Assembly (NCBI GenBank): GCA_051872335.1 | Contig: JBJEDT010000025.1 | Location: 131,239-195,238, forward strand | Direction of reading: 5' to 3' | DNA length: 64,000 nucleotides | From: Bacilli bacterium | GTDB lineage: Bacteria > Bacillota_I > Bacilli_A > RFN20 > CAG-826 | Shown: one piece after another, positions 18,928 to 30,179 of the stretch | Position numbering within the stretch: position 1 is the stretch's first letter | How the letters are laid out: every line of letters begins with the position of its first letter | Position numbers and translations under genes: made by a program | Notes under the pieces: generated by a model | Seen by the model: the letters and a program-made list of their open reading frames with translations, nothing else | Databases searched by the model: none | What the model was told of the DNA's origin: nothing

Positions 18928-19803
18928 TTATTTTTCTTTAATAGGTAATAATTCAATATAACCTCTAGTTCCTATTGGTTCTAATTGAATACGTGGATTA
19001 TCCTCATCAAATACATATCCAATAACTTGTGGATTATATTTTTTAATTCCTTCTTGTAAATTTTGGATTGCTTCCTCGAAATCTTCTTCTTCAAATGGCT
19101 CACCCTGAAACATTATGTATTTACACTTAGGTAGTTCTATAACATCAAAACCGCTTGGTATCTCGCCATTATAATCAAGTGGTACCTCAACTCCTTGAAC
19201 ATATGATGAAGTTCCTTTCTCAATATACTTTCTAGGCAACCATAAACAAACAGGTTCACCACTTAAAGATTTAATACTTGTTAATAATCCCCAAACATCA
19301 CAACCAACTTCACAACAATAATCCATATAATTGTCAGCTTTAATTCCTCTTTTAATTAATACTTTTCTTGAAGGTTTTTCAATAATTTGAATAAAAACAT
19401 TTTTAACATCACTCATTTTCTTTTCCTTACCTTTCTTGTTATATTTAACTCCATAAGGTGTAAATAACTGAATGGGTGTTGGACGCAAAGAATATTCATG
19501 TGGATTACAACCAAACTCTTTATAAAAAGCTCTTTGATATCCATCAACACTATCGAAGCCAGCTTCAAAAGCAATATCAATAATTTTAGTCTTTTGATCT
19601 CTTAATTTTAATGCAGACTTTGTAAGACGAAGTCTTCTAATATAAACAGTTGGAGTCATACCGAGTAAGCTTACAAAAATTCGATATGAATGCCATGGAG
19701 AATATCTAGAAACTTCAGAAAGTTCAGCCATATTAATTTCATTATAAAGATTATTATTTATATAATCTTGCATTCTCTGTACTGCTTCTATACGTTCATC
19801 CAT
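18928..19803 (-). CDS. AraC-family regulator with a C-terminal GyrI-like effector-binding domain
   Basis: N-terminal HTH_AraC (IAFEAGFDSVDGYQRAFYKEFG) and a C-terminal domain of roughly 150 aa resembling GyrI-like small-molecule-binding folds. Confidence 0.7.
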   Translation of the reverse strand: MDERIEAVQRMQDYINNNLYNEINMAELSEVSRYSPWHSYRIFVSLLGMTPTVYIRRLRLTKSALKLRDQKTKIIDIAFEAGFDSVDGYQRAFYKEFGCNPHEYSLRPTPIQLFTPYGVKYNKKGKEKKMSDVKNVFIQIIEKPSRKVLIKRGIKADNYMDYCCEVGCDVWGLLTSIKSLSGEPVCLWLPRKYIEKGTSSYVQGVEVPLDYNGEIPSGFDVIELPKCKYIMFQGEPFEEEDFEEAIQNLQEGIKKYNPQVIGYVFDEDNPRIQLEPIGTRGYIELLPIKEK

Positions 19804-19840
19804 TTATTTCACCACCTTACGAAGAAAGCATAAACAAAAA

Positions 19841-20761
19841 CTAAAATTTATTCTCGACTTTATTTGCTATGTTTTTATACCATTTAGGGATATCGTTTTT
19901 AAAGTTATTATAATCATCTAAAATTTGATAACAAATTTTTATCATATTATTTAAATCATCTTCCCCAAATTGTTCTGCCCATTTAATAGAATATAAAGCA
20001 GCATGTGCAGAATATACAGCTAGTGATTTCCAAAAACGTTGAGGTATATTATCATCAAAATACCCTTCAATTTGACCTATGCAATAAGGAATGCTTATGT
20101 CTACTCCAAAACTTTCAAGCTTATAAAATTCTTCATAAGGATCTCCTACATCCCATCTATTAAAATCAATTACTCCTATTTCTTTAGAGTCTAAAAAGAT
20201 AAGATTTCCTGGATGAAAATCACCATGTTGATAAACTTTAGTTTCATTATTAATGTAATTTATATTTTCTTTAATAAACTTAATTATGCTTTCATCATTA
20301 GGTATTCTAACTTTTGATTCTTCATATTTTTGAATTTTCATGAGCTTCTTTTCAACAATAGATTTATTATTATTATCTTCAATATCAATACTTAATGAGT
20401 GAATTTTTTTAAGGATATTTCCTGCTTTTCTTCCTAGTAAATATTGTTCTTCTTTACTTAAAGAAGGTAAAACTTCTTCTAAATCTTTTCCTTCAATCCA
20501 TGATAAAATCATATAAACATTTTTATTGTTATTACATACACCAAATTCAATTGGTTGAGACATATTAAATTGAAGTAAAGAATATTTCTTAATAATTTTA
20601 AACTCTTTTTCTTTTGTTTGATATTTTGAAATATCTGATATTCTTAATAATAACTTCTCATTATCTTTTGTTGTAATAATATATTTTTCATCACTTGACC
20701 AACCTTTTGAGATTTTATCTACATTTTTCCAATCTTTACTACTTTCAATTCCAAAAAACAT
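19841..20761 (-). CDS. Phosphotransferase-family kinase (APH/choline-kinase-like)
   Basis: HGDFHPGNLIF and IDFNRWDVGD catalytic motifs. Confidence 0.6.
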   Translation of the reverse strand: MFFGIESSKDWKNVDKISKGWSSDEKYIITTKDNEKLLLRISDISKYQTKEKEFKIIKKYSLLQFNMSQPIEFGVCNNNKNVYMILSWIEGKDLEEVLPSLSKEEQYLLGRKAGNILKKIHSLSIDIEDNNNKSIVEKKLMKIQKYEESKVRIPNDESIIKFIKENINYINNETKVYQHGDFHPGNLIFLDSKEIGVIDFNRWDVGDPYEEFYKLESFGVDISIPYCIGQIEGYFDDNIPQRFWKSLAVYSAHAALYSIKWAEQFGEDDLNNMIKICYQILDDYNNFKNDIPKWYKNIANKVENKF

Positions 20762-20775
20762 ATTAACACCTCACA

Positions 20776-21411
20776 TTAATCATTTACTAAAGAATGTGAA
20801 TAAATAAAGAATTCTTCTTGAGAGGGAAGAACTTTCTTTTCTTTTGTAGGAAATAATTTATCAAATTCTTCAGCTTTTTCAAAATCTAATTCATAAGCCG
20901 AACTTTCTTTATATTCCCACTTAATTCCATCAAAAACATTATCATTTAATGTCTTAACTAACATTGCCGTTGGAAAAATATTGTCACCCAAACAAACATT
21001 TACTTTCTTTGAACTTACAAATCCACTAGAAACATAATTTCCTGGATGACCAAAAATAACAATAGAATCATATCCTAATTCTTTTGCTATTTTAAATGAT
21101 TCATTCATAAGAGCTTTACCAATTCCTTTTCTTTGATAATCAGGATGAACAGCTAATGGACCAAAAGTTAAACAAGGTTTAGTTTTACCATCTTCAGATA
21201 TTAATTCACATCTAACATACATTATACTTCCAACAATCATTCCATCTATTTCAGCAACTAAATCTAATTCTTTAATAAAATCATTATGTTCTCTCATTAT
21301 ATGAGCAAGATAATGTTCTGTTGCTCCTGGCACATTAACATTATAAAAAGCATCTCCAATTAAAGATTCAACTTTCTTATAATCTTTTTCAGTTTCTCTT
21401 CTTATTAGCAT
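20776..21411 (-). CDS. GNAT-family N-acetyltransferase
   Basis: Acetyl-CoA binding motif A (QRKGIGKALM). Confidence 0.75.
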   Translation of the reverse strand: MLIRRETEKDYKKVESLIGDAFYNVNVPGATEHYLAHIMREHNDFIKELDLVAEIDGMIVGSIMYVRCELISEDGKTKPCLTFGPLAVHPDYQRKGIGKALMNESFKIAKELGYDSIVIFGHPGNYVSSGFVSSKKVNVCLGDNIFPTAMLVKTLNDNVFDGIKWEYKESSAYELDFEKAEEFDKLFPTKEKKVLPSQEEFFIYSHSLVND

Positions 21412-21439
21412 AATAAAGACTCCTTCTTTTGATATAAAA

Positions 21440-21472
21440 ACTCCTTTTCATAATGCATAATGAAAAGGAGCA
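21440..21472 (-). terminator. Rho-independent terminator of lysS
   Basis: ctccttttcat-(8 nt)-atgaaaaggag, followed on the minus strand by TTTTTAT. Confidence 0.5.
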
Positions 21473-21479
21473 ATTTTAA

Positions 21480-22976
21480 TTATCTATCTTTCATTGTTGG
21501 GAATAATAAAACTTCTCTTATTGAAGTTTGTTCTGTTAAAAACATAACAAGTCTATCAATTCCCATGCCAACACCACCACATGGTGGCATACCATATTCT
21601 AGCGATTCAATGAAGTCAACATCCATATCTGACGCTTCATCATTACCAGCATCTTTTTCTTTTAATTGTTCAACAAATCTTTCTTTTTGATCAATAGGGT
21701 CATTTAATTCTGTATATGCATTTGCAAATTCATGACCACCTATATAAAGTTCAAAACGTTGAACAAAACGAGGATCTTCAGTATCGATTTTTGTTAAAGG
21801 TGAAATTTCAACTGGATGTCCACATAAGAATGTTGGTTGAATTAATTTTTCTTCACAATATGTTTCAAAGAAAGCATTAATAATGTGACCTACTGTGAAA
21901 TGAGGTTCAACTTTAATATTGTGTTTTTCAGCTAAAGCCTTAGCTTCTTCTAATGAATAATTATTTCCTTTAAAATCAACACCTGTTTCTTGTTTAATCA
22001 TTTCACACATTGTAATTTTCTTAAATGGTTTTGAGATATCAATTCTTTCACCTTCAGGATTAAAGATGTTTAAGAACTCTACTTTATCTCCAGCAACTTT
22101 TTGAGCTGCATGTCTAATAATTCCTTCAGTAATGTCCATCATTGATTGTAAATCACCAAACGCTTCGTATAATTCAATTGTTGTAAATTCAGGGTTATGA
22201 GTTAAATCCATTCCTTCATTTCTAAATAATCTACCGATTTCATATACTTTTTCTAATCCACCAACGATAAGTCTTTTTAATTTTAATTCAGTTGCAATAC
22301 GTAAATAAAAATCTCTATTTAAAGCATTATGGTGTGTAATGAATGGTCTTGCAGTTGCTCCACCTTTAACAGATTCTAAAACTGGAGTTTCAACTTCAAT
22401 AAAGCCTTTTGAATCACAATATTCTTGAACAGCTCTAATAATTTTAGGTCTAGCAATTGCAATATTACGTGCTTCTTCATTAACCATTAAATCAAGGTAT
22501 CTACGACGATATCTTTCTTCTTTGTCAGTTAAACCATGATATTTTTCTGGAAGTGGTCTTAAAGCCTTAGTTAAGTGTGTATAATGTTCAGCTCTAATTG
22601 TAAGTTCACCAGTATGAGTTACCATTACTCGACCTTCGACACCAACAATATCACCAATATCAGCTAACTTAAAAACTTCGTAAACATCATCACCAACGAC
22701 GTCTTTACGAATATATACTTGTATCTTTCCAAATTTATCATTTAAATTAAAGAAAGCGACTTTACCCTTGTCTCTAATAGTCATAATACGACCAGCAACA
22801 GAAGCGTGAGCGTTTAATGCTTCTAACTCTTCTTCAGTTTTGCCTAAGTATTTTTCTTTTAAAGTTTCAGAAGTATCAGTTCTATCATAGCGTTGACCAA
22901 ATGGATCAATTCCTAATTCTTTATACTTTTCTAATTTGTTTCTTCTAATAATTTCTTGTTCTGTTAATTCTGCCAT
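21480..22976 (-). CDS. lysS: Lysine--tRNA ligase (class II)
   Basis: 498 aa with the canonical LysS N-terminus and class II motifs. Lies downstream of dusB, as in Bacillus. Confidence 0.95.
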   Translation of the reverse strand: MAELTEQEIIRRNKLEKYKELGIDPFGQRYDRTDTSETLKEKYLGKTEEELEALNAHASVAGRIMTIRDKGKVAFFNLNDKFGKIQVYIRKDVVGDDVYEVFKLADIGDIVGVEGRVMVTHTGELTIRAEHYTHLTKALRPLPEKYHGLTDKEERYRRRYLDLMVNEEARNIAIARPKIIRAVQEYCDSKGFIEVETPVLESVKGGATARPFITHHNALNRDFYLRIATELKLKRLIVGGLEKVYEIGRLFRNEGMDLTHNPEFTTIELYEAFGDLQSMMDITEGIIRHAAQKVAGDKVEFLNIFNPEGERIDISKPFKKITMCEMIKQETGVDFKGNNYSLEEAKALAEKHNIKVEPHFTVGHIINAFFETYCEEKLIQPTFLCGHPVEISPLTKIDTEDPRFVQRFELYIGGHEFANAYTELNDPIDQKERFVEQLKEKDAGNDEASDMDVDFIESLEYGMPPCGGVGMGIDRLVMFLTEQTSIREVLLFPTMKDR

Positions 22977-23018
22977 AATTTTTACTCCCTTTAATATTCT
23001 ATCATAAATTTCACTAAT

Positions 23019-23990
23019 TTAATCACTTTCATTGAGTGATGAAATAATTGATAAAAAATCTTGATATGTTTTCATTTGTGTTGCCAATAAATTTCGTATA
23101 GATTTTGTATTAGGATATCCTTTTAAATAATGAGGAGCAATACCTCTCATTTCTTTTGTTGCAGTTTCTTCACCTTTTAAAGATATTAATTTTTCAAAGT
23201 GTTCTTTTAAATAATTTAGGTTTTGTTTTAATGTAGGTGAAGGTAAAATTTCCCCTGTTTTAAAATATGTAGAAATTTGAGTTACTAAGAATGGATTACC
23301 TAAAGCACCTCTTGCAACCATAATAAAGTCAGCACCTGTCATTTTTTGATATTCGATAGCTTGTTCAAGAGTAAATATATCTCCTGATATAGCAAGAGGT
23401 ACTGTCATTTTTTCTTTTATATTTTTTATTAATTCGTATCGTGCATTACCTGTATAAAGTTGATTTCTAGTACGTGGATGAATTGCAATCAATGAAACTT
23501 TTGCTTTTTGTAGTATTTCAATAATTTCATATACATTAATGTGGTTATCATCCCATCCAATACGAATTTTTGCAAAGACAGGTTTTAATGAAGCCTTAAC
23601 TAAAGAAGACATCATATCGTAAAGTTCTTCTTTTCTATTAAGCCATGCCGAACCAGCACCTGTTTTTGTAACTTTTACAACAGGACATCCAAGATTTACA
23701 TCAATAAAATCATAATTAATATTTTTTTCTTCTACAATTTTTAACGCTTGTAATAAAGTCTCTTTACTTCCACCAAATAATTGTATAGCTAAAGGTGAAT
23801 CAACTTCACTTGTTTCTAAATACCGATATGTTTCTTTATTTTTATAAATAAGGCCACAATCAGAAACCATTTCCGTATATGATATTCCAACTCCAAATTT
23901 TTTCATAAATTCACGATATGCTAAATTGGTAATGCCAGCCATTGGAGCTAAAATAACATTGGATTCTATATTCTTATTTAAAAAGTCCAT
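23019..23990 (-). CDS. dusB: tRNA-dihydrouridine synthase
   Basis: LAPMAGITNLAYR FMN/TIM-barrel signature. Confidence 0.85.
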   Translation of the reverse strand: MDFLNKNIESNVILAPMAGITNLAYREFMKKFGVGISYTEMVSDCGLIYKNKETYRYLETSEVDSPLAIQLFGGSKETLLQALKIVEEKNINYDFIDVNLGCPVVKVTKTGAGSAWLNRKEELYDMMSSLVKASLKPVFAKIRIGWDDNHINVYEIIEILQKAKVSLIAIHPRTRNQLYTGNARYELIKNIKEKMTVPLAISGDIFTLEQAIEYQKMTGADFIMVARGALGNPFLVTQISTYFKTGEILPSPTLKQNLNYLKEHFEKLISLKGEETATKEMRGIAPHYLKGYPNTKSIRNLLATQMKTYQDFLSIISSLNESD

Positions 23991-24014
23991 ATATACCTTA
24001 AAAAAGGAAAGGAA

Positions 24015-26135
24015 TTATTCCTCTCCTTTATCTCCTTTGTTATCTTCACCAGTTTTTGTCTCGCCAGCAGGTTTTACTTCTTCTTCAGAAACAACCTTTT
24101 TAGCACGAGGCTTACGAGTTGCAGGTTTTTTTGGAGCTTCTACTTCTTTTTGTTCAGCAACTTTGCTTTCTAAACTAGGTAAAGTACGATGTTCTAATAA
24201 ATACTTAATTTCTTCATCATTAATTGTTTCAACAACTAATAATGTTTCTGCAAGTAAAATAACATCTTCTTTACGTTCTCTAATAACTCTTTTTGCTTCT
24301 TCATGAGCTTCATCAATAATACGACGAACCTCTGTATCAATTTCATAAGCAATTTGTGTGGAGAAATTCTTTTGATTGTTTGTGTAATCACGTCCTAAGA
24401 AAACAGAACCTGATTGTTTTTCATATTGAATTGGACCTAAATCTGACATACCATATTCAACAACCATTGCACGAGCAATTCGAGTTGCTACTTCAATATC
24501 GTTATGAGCTCCAGTAGAAACATCATCGAAGAAAATTTCTTCACTTGAACGTCCACCAAGATATCCAACAATACGTGCCATCAATTCATTTTTAGTCATT
24601 AAGAACCTATCTTCTTCAGGTCCCATTAATACGTGTCCACCAGTTCTTCCACGAGGAACGATTGTAATTTTTTCAACTTTATCAGAATAAGGTAAAGTTA
24701 ATCCAATAATTGCATGGCCAGCTTCATGATATGCAACTTGTTTTCTTTCGTGTTCAGTCATTGAACGAGAATTTTTAGCAGGACCTGCAATACGACGGTC
24801 AATTGCTTCATCGATTTCACGAGTACTAATTATATCCTTGTTTGCTCTAACTGCTAAAATAGCTGCTTCATTAATAACGTTTGCTAAATCAGCACCTGAG
24901 AAACCGGTAGTACGTTTTGCAATGTTACTAAAATCTACAGAAGGATCAATTTGTTTTCCTCTTGCATGTACTTTTAAGATTGCTTCTCTACCTTTTCTAT
25001 CAGGTAAATCAACTGTAATTTGTCTATCAAAACGACCTGCTCTTAATAAAGCTGGATCAAGAACATCGTCACGGTTTGTAGCAGCCATAACAATAATTCC
25101 AGAGTTATCACCAAAGCCATCCATTTCAACTAATAATTGGTTTAAAGTTTGTTCTCTTTCATCATTGCCTCCACCCATACCAGCACCTCTTTGACGACCG
25201 ACAGCATCGATTTCATCAATAAAGATTAAACATGGAGCGCATTGTTTAGCTTTTTTAAACATATCTCTAACACGTCCTGCACCAACACCGACATATAATT
25301 CGACGAAGTCAGAACCAGAAATTGAGAAGAATGGAACTCCTGCTTCACCAGCTGTAGCTTTAGCTAATAAAGTTTTACCTGTACCAGGTGGGCCTACAAG
25401 TAAGACACCTTTAGGTAATTTTGCGCCTAGACGAGTATATTTACGAGGATCTTTTAAATAGTCAACTAATTCAATAAGTTCAGCTTTTTCTTCATAACAA
25501 CCAGCAACATCATCAAAGTGAACATTAGAAGTATCTTCTCTTCTTGCTCGTGATTTATTGAAATCCATTGCTTTGTTATTTGAACTATTAACAGATGCAC
25601 TTAGTTTAGATAGAAGAACAAATCCAATGATTAAACCAGCACCAACAATAAGAATTGTAGGCAACCATTCTAAGAACCAGTTTGTTTCATAAGCATTAAT
25701 GATATGATAATTACTTGCTGTATAGTAAGGTAATGTAACTCCTTCTACTTCATGAGTACGATTTTCAATAATTTCCATAATTGTATAATCGCCATCTGGA
25801 GTAGTATACGTATAAGTATAGAATGTTTCTGAATCTATAACTGCTTCAAATTTATATACTTTGTTATCATTAGTAGTATCCGTATATTTACCATAAACAG
25901 TAACAATCGTTGATTCTCGTTTGATAGAAACATCAGTAACTAATTGTTCATCAGAATCAAGCAATGCAGCTACTTGGGTTTCAGTTAATTGAATTGTTTG
26001 TGTACCGTTGTTTCCTAAAATGAAGAAAACAAACATAGCAATAAATCCAATAATAACTATGTAAGGCCATATGAAGCCAAATAAGCTTTTCTTTTGTGGT
26101 TTATTTGTATTTTCCATTTTGTACCTCCTAATCAT
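24015..26135 (-). CDS. ftsH: ATP-dependent zinc metalloprotease FtsH
   Basis: AAA module (GPPGTGKT, second-region-of-homology), HEAGHAI zinc site, two N-terminal TM helices. Confidence 0.95.
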   Translation of the reverse strand: MIRRYKMENTNKPQKKSLFGFIWPYIVIIGFIAMFVFFILGNNGTQTIQLTETQVAALLDSDEQLVTDVSIKRESTIVTVYGKYTDTTNDNKVYKFEAVIDSETFYTYTYTTPDGDYTIMEIIENRTHEVEGVTLPYYTASNYHIINAYETNWFLEWLPTILIVGAGLIIGFVLLSKLSASVNSSNNKAMDFNKSRARREDTSNVHFDDVAGCYEEKAELIELVDYLKDPRKYTRLGAKLPKGVLLVGPPGTGKTLLAKATAGEAGVPFFSISGSDFVELYVGVGAGRVRDMFKKAKQCAPCLIFIDEIDAVGRQRGAGMGGGNDEREQTLNQLLVEMDGFGDNSGIIVMAATNRDDVLDPALLRAGRFDRQITVDLPDRKGREAILKVHARGKQIDPSVDFSNIAKRTTGFSGADLANVINEAAILAVRANKDIISTREIDEAIDRRIAGPAKNSRSMTEHERKQVAYHEAGHAIIGLTLPYSDKVEKITIVPRGRTGGHVLMGPEEDRFLMTKNELMARIVGYLGGRSSEEIFFDDVSTGAHNDIEVATRIARAMVVEYGMSDLGPIQYEKQSGSVFLGRDYTNNQKNFSTQIAYEIDTEVRRIIDEAHEEAKRVIRERKEDVILLAETLLVVETINDEEIKYLLEHRTLPSLESKVAEQKEVEAPKKPATRKPRAKKVVSEEEVKPAGETKTGEDNKGDKGEE

Positions 26136-26229
26136 TAATATTAATCAAACATATAAAATATTTGATTTTATCATTATACAACATAAAATATTTTTTAGAT
26201 ACTATTTTACATTTTTTCTTAGTCATTTG

Positions 26230-27459
26230 TCATTTAATGTAAATTTTTAAATTAGAATTATCATCAAAGACAAAATTTTTTTGATATCTCGGTATATAAA
26301 TAATATCTTTTTTACTATTTTCAATAATAGGCCAATATTTTCTAATCTCCTCTGGCATCTTCCAGTCTATAAATAAGCGACGTACTTTTCTCTTAACATT
26401 ATTTATCATAATAAAATCACCAGGTTGATACGTTCTAATAATTAATGGATAATCATATGAAAAAACATTGCGATTATCTGTATTTTTAGTAAAATCAATC
26501 TCAAAATATTCGGTTTTTAATTTCATAGGTTTATCAATAACATAACTATATCCTTCAATATTACAATACCTTTTAATTCTTAAAGATCCATATTCTTTAA
26601 CTATATATAAATCATCTTTTAAAAATACTTTGATATTAGGCTTATGAGAATCAATTATTTTAATTATTTCTAATGCTCTTTTTCTAGTCATTGAATAAAA
26701 AGATCCATAATTCATAATTAATTCATATAAAGCAAAAACTTTTGAATTTGTAGTTAATGTATTAAACCTCTCAATATTAATATTTTGCAAAGAATCGAAA
26801 CATTCCTTAATATTTTTTGTCTCATCTTTCCTTTGTTCGTTTAAAGTATCTATCTCATTTAATAATTTATTACGCTCATCCAAAGTTAACTTCTCGATAA
26901 TATTATGTCTAATTTTATTTCTTGTATGTATATTTTCTAAATTAGTTTTATCAATTGAATAAGGAACATCGTTATTTTTACAATAAGTTTCTAATTCCTT
27001 TTTTGTATAATTAAGCAAAGGTCTTAATACATTCATTCCTTTGATTACTGTTTCTTCTAAAATACCGTAATATGGAATAATCATTTGTCGATTTTTTTGC
27101 ATAATATAAGTTTCTAAAAGATCATCTTGATGATGTGCAACAAATAATCCACTACAATTAAATTTCATATAAATTTCTTGAAAAAAATTATATCTAACTT
27201 CTCGAGCCCACGCCTCAAAATTGCCAAACTTACTATCAAAATGTACAGACTTTAAATACATTTGAATATTATGTTTTTTACAATAAGAAAATAGTGATTG
27301 TTGTTCAAAGTTAGATTCATCTCTAGTGTTATAATTTATATGGCAAACAACAAATTTATATCCGTTTTTTAATAACATATGAAAAAGAGCCATCGAATCT
27401 GGCCCGAATGAACATGCCAAGATATAAGTTTTGTCCTTATCGTAATTAAAGCCCATCAT
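26230..27459 (-). CDS. tilS: tRNA(Ile)-lysidine synthetase
   Basis: PP-loop motif SFGPDS. Position upstream of ftsH is conserved in Firmicutes. Confidence 0.85.
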   Translation of the reverse strand: MMGFNYDKDKTYILACSFGPDSMALFHMLLKNGYKFVVCHINYNTRDESNFEQQSLFSYCKKHNIQMYLKSVHFDSKFGNFEAWAREVRYNFFQEIYMKFNCSGLFVAHHQDDLLETYIMQKNRQMIIPYYGILEETVIKGMNVLRPLLNYTKKELETYCKNNDVPYSIDKTNLENIHTRNKIRHNIIEKLTLDERNKLLNEIDTLNEQRKDETKNIKECFDSLQNINIERFNTLTTNSKVFALYELIMNYGSFYSMTRKRALEIIKIIDSHKPNIKVFLKDDLYIVKEYGSLRIKRYCNIEGYSYVIDKPMKLKTEYFEIDFTKNTDNRNVFSYDYPLIIRTYQPGDFIMINNVKRKVRRLFIDWKMPEEIRKYWPIIENSKKDIIYIPRYQKNFVFDDNSNLKIYIK

Positions 27460-27487
27460 TTAAAACCTTTCTATCTTTTATATTTTA

Positions 27488-29641
27488 TCACAAAACATTT
27501 ATAACTATAAGTGTCATATCATCTGGATGCTCTATGTTCTTTGTAGCGTCTTTAAAAATGACTCTTCCCATTAAATTAATATCTTCAATTTCAATATATT
27601 TTGTATAATCAAAATTACTAATAAAATCTAATAAACCATCACTAAATAAAAATACAATATCTTTATGTTCAAAATCGAAATCAATTACTTCTAGTTCACA
27701 TTGTTCAATTAAGCCAATTGGCAAACCACCTTGATTGATAATAATTTTCTCATTATTTCTAAAAACAAGAGAATTTACACTACCCATTTTAATAAAACGA
27801 CCTTTCAATGTTTCTTTATTGATTTGTAAAAAGTCAATTGTCGAATAATTATCGTCACCATAACTAGCTCTTAATATCGTATTTATTTGTTCAAGTATTA
27901 TAGTTGTATTTAATTCGGCTAATAAAAGTGAAGAAAACATTTTAATTAATAATTGACTAATTTCATTAGCACTTTTCCCATGTCCCATACCATCAGCTAA
28001 TAAAAACTTAATATAAGTACTATCTTGATTAATTAATGTGGAATCTCCATTGTATTCTAAATCTAAAGCTTTTGTATAAACATTATAAATAAATTCAGAT
28101 GGCCTTTTCTTTTGAAAAATGATATGTTCTTGATTTGTTAAATAATCTTTTCTACTATAAATAAAACTAAAAGAATGATTGTTAAACATATTAATAACAT
28201 TTTCTATCTCTTCAATATTTACATGTGCTTTAATTTTTTTAATAAATTCTATATTATTATCATTTATGTATATATCATCAATAGCATTGGATGATAAGGC
28301 ATTACAAGTTTCAAATATAAGTTGATGTTTATTATCAAACTCTTTTTTATGAGTTAAAAAAGCCAACAAAGGTTCTTTTATATTGCCTAAGACATTATTT
28401 ATATTTTTAATTTGTTGATTAACATCTAAAAAATAGGATTGTTCAGCTAAATAAATTTCATAAGCTTGTTGTATTTCCATAACTAATTTAAAAGGATAAA
28501 CACAATCTTCGCTAATCTTTTTTCTTTCACTACTAGTCAATTTTTTACTTAATAATCCTTCTAAAGTATCTTTAATCTTGCAATTACTTCGATGAGTACA
28601 TTTATTACAAACACGTGCTTTAACTCTATAATAAGCTTTAATCAAAGGTTCTTTTCGCTTTTTATCAAATCCAAGGCTTATGGCATCTATATAATGAGTA
28701 ATTCTTAATACTTCATTTTCTAAACTTTCGTCATATTCTTTTTTTATTATTCGGTCATTAAATAACTCTTGAACTTTATTAATATAATTAACAGGTATTA
28801 ATAAATATAACAATGCACTAGCGAGGCCTTGGTAAAATATATTATTTTGATAAAAAATAGGATCTAATGTTAACGATAATAAAATATGAATAAATATATA
28901 AAAAACTATTTTATAACGACCATTAATAAAAGAAGTCAATAATAAAGGTATTAAAACATATAACAGTAAATATGATGAGATATTACAAAAATAATATAAA
29001 AGAATTGAACCCATGACTAAAGATAATATATTGTTACTAGTTTTTGAATCCTTCATATTTAATAAAATAAATAATCTAAAAAATACAAGACCTATCAAAT
29101 TATTAAACATGAAAGCAATACTTATAACTGCAATAACTAGCGAAGCATGTAAAATAGTTAATCCTTTATAATTATCTTTTAATTTTCGATTAAAGCTTAA
29201 AAAAGCTTGTATTGTAAGAATGCTAATAAAAGAATTTAAAAAACATAAAAATAATAACTGATAATTAAATCTTGTAATTAAAGTAACTATACTTAAACTT
29301 AAACATATAATTAATGGAGAAAAATATTTTTTGTTAAATATTTTTACATAAGTAGATAAAAGCATCAAACATAAATAAAAAGATTCTATGATGAGAATTT
29401 CAAATCCATAATTAATATTTTTTATAAAAGCAAAGGATAGAGTTAATAAATATGTTATTAAAGTAATTAACCATCCTTTTTTATATGATAAATAAAATAA
29501 TGCTATTAATATAGGATTAAACATAAAAGCATCATGAATTAATGTGATACATATGCTTAAAACCATAATAAAAATATCAAATATGTCGATATTATTTTTT
29601 AAAAAATAAAGTGTTCTATTTTTTGACTTTACTAGTTCCAT
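27488..29641 (-). CDS. spoIIE: Stage II sporulation protein E (membrane PP2C phosphatase)
   Basis: About 10 N-terminal TM helices plus a C-terminal PP2C domain (LLADGMGHG). Its position next to tilS/ftsH matches B. subtilis. Confidence 0.8.
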   Translation of the reverse strand: MELVKSKNRTLYFLKNNIDIFDIFIMVLSICITLIHDAFMFNPILIALFYLSYKKGWLITLITYLLTLSFAFIKNINYGFEILIIESFYLCLMLLSTYVKIFNKKYFSPLIICLSLSIVTLITRFNYQLLFLCFLNSFISILTIQAFLSFNRKLKDNYKGLTILHASLVIAVISIAFMFNNLIGLVFFRLFILLNMKDSKTSNNILSLVMGSILLYYFCNISSYLLLYVLIPLLLTSFINGRYKIVFYIFIHILLSLTLDPIFYQNNIFYQGLASALLYLLIPVNYINKVQELFNDRIIKKEYDESLENEVLRITHYIDAISLGFDKKRKEPLIKAYYRVKARVCNKCTHRSNCKIKDTLEGLLSKKLTSSERKKISEDCVYPFKLVMEIQQAYEIYLAEQSYFLDVNQQIKNINNVLGNIKEPLLAFLTHKKEFDNKHQLIFETCNALSSNAIDDIYINDNNIEFIKKIKAHVNIEEIENVINMFNNHSFSFIYSRKDYLTNQEHIIFQKKRPSEFIYNVYTKALDLEYNGDSTLINQDSTYIKFLLADGMGHGKSANEISQLLIKMFSSLLLAELNTTIILEQINTILRASYGDDNYSTIDFLQINKETLKGRFIKMGSVNSLVFRNNEKIIINQGGLPIGLIEQCELEVIDFDFEHKDIVFLFSDGLLDFISNFDYTKYIEIEDINLMGRVIFKDATKNIEHPDDMTLIVINVL

Positions 29642-29763
29642 GTTCTACCTCATTACAATTTTAATATGTACTAAGGTAGATATTTGTCGATTCTTATTAA
29701 TTATTAATTTTAAAATATATAAATAATTTAGATTAAAAAAAGTAGGTATGCACCTACTATTAA

Positions 29764-30060
29764 TTAGTTAGAAGGAAAGGAAATCACTATTCTACCACTA
29801 CTCAATGAATCAACAGTTTCATCTTGTGTGAAATAATCAGTATAACTAGAATCACCACTTAATGATTCACTTTGTTCGTGAGTCTTGATAATATTTTCCA
29901 TTGTTTCTTTTAAAGCTATATTTTCTTTATAAACTCGATAAAAATAATAACTAGTAAATCCAATTGCTAAAAGTGAGCATCCAAAAATAGCATAATAAAC
30001 AAATCTTATCTTTTTATTTTTAAGTTTTGTATTAGGCATTAGAATCACCTCACTTATCAT
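29764..30060 (-). CDS. Small single-pass membrane protein, function unknown
   Basis: 98 aa with one TM helix (FVYYAIFGCSLLAIGFTSYYFY) and a Ser/Asp-rich tail. Confidence 0.3.
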   Translation of the reverse strand: MISEVILMPNTKLKNKKIRFVYYAIFGCSLLAIGFTSYYFYRVYKENIALKETMENIIKTHEQSESLSGDSSYTDYFTQDETVDSLSSGRIVISFPSN

Positions 30061-30144
30061 CTATAATATAACATTATTTTTTTATTTATAACAATAACCA
30101 AAAGTTAATTAATAAATTTTCACTTCAATTTTTACTCTATAAAA

Positions 30145-30178
30145 ATAGCCTAGCTAAATTTTAGCCAGGCTAGATTAT
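30145..30178 (-). terminator. Terminator of the hydrogenase operon
   Basis: tagcctagct-aaatttt-agccaggcta hairpin, followed on the minus strand by TTTTTAT. Confidence 0.45.
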
Positions 30179-30179
30179 A

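Noticed and set aside
23926-25194. Plus-strand ORFs 23926..24306 and 24838..25194
   Set aside because: Antisense within dusB and ftsH. Ser/Leu-rich translations are characteristic of reverse frames of real genes.
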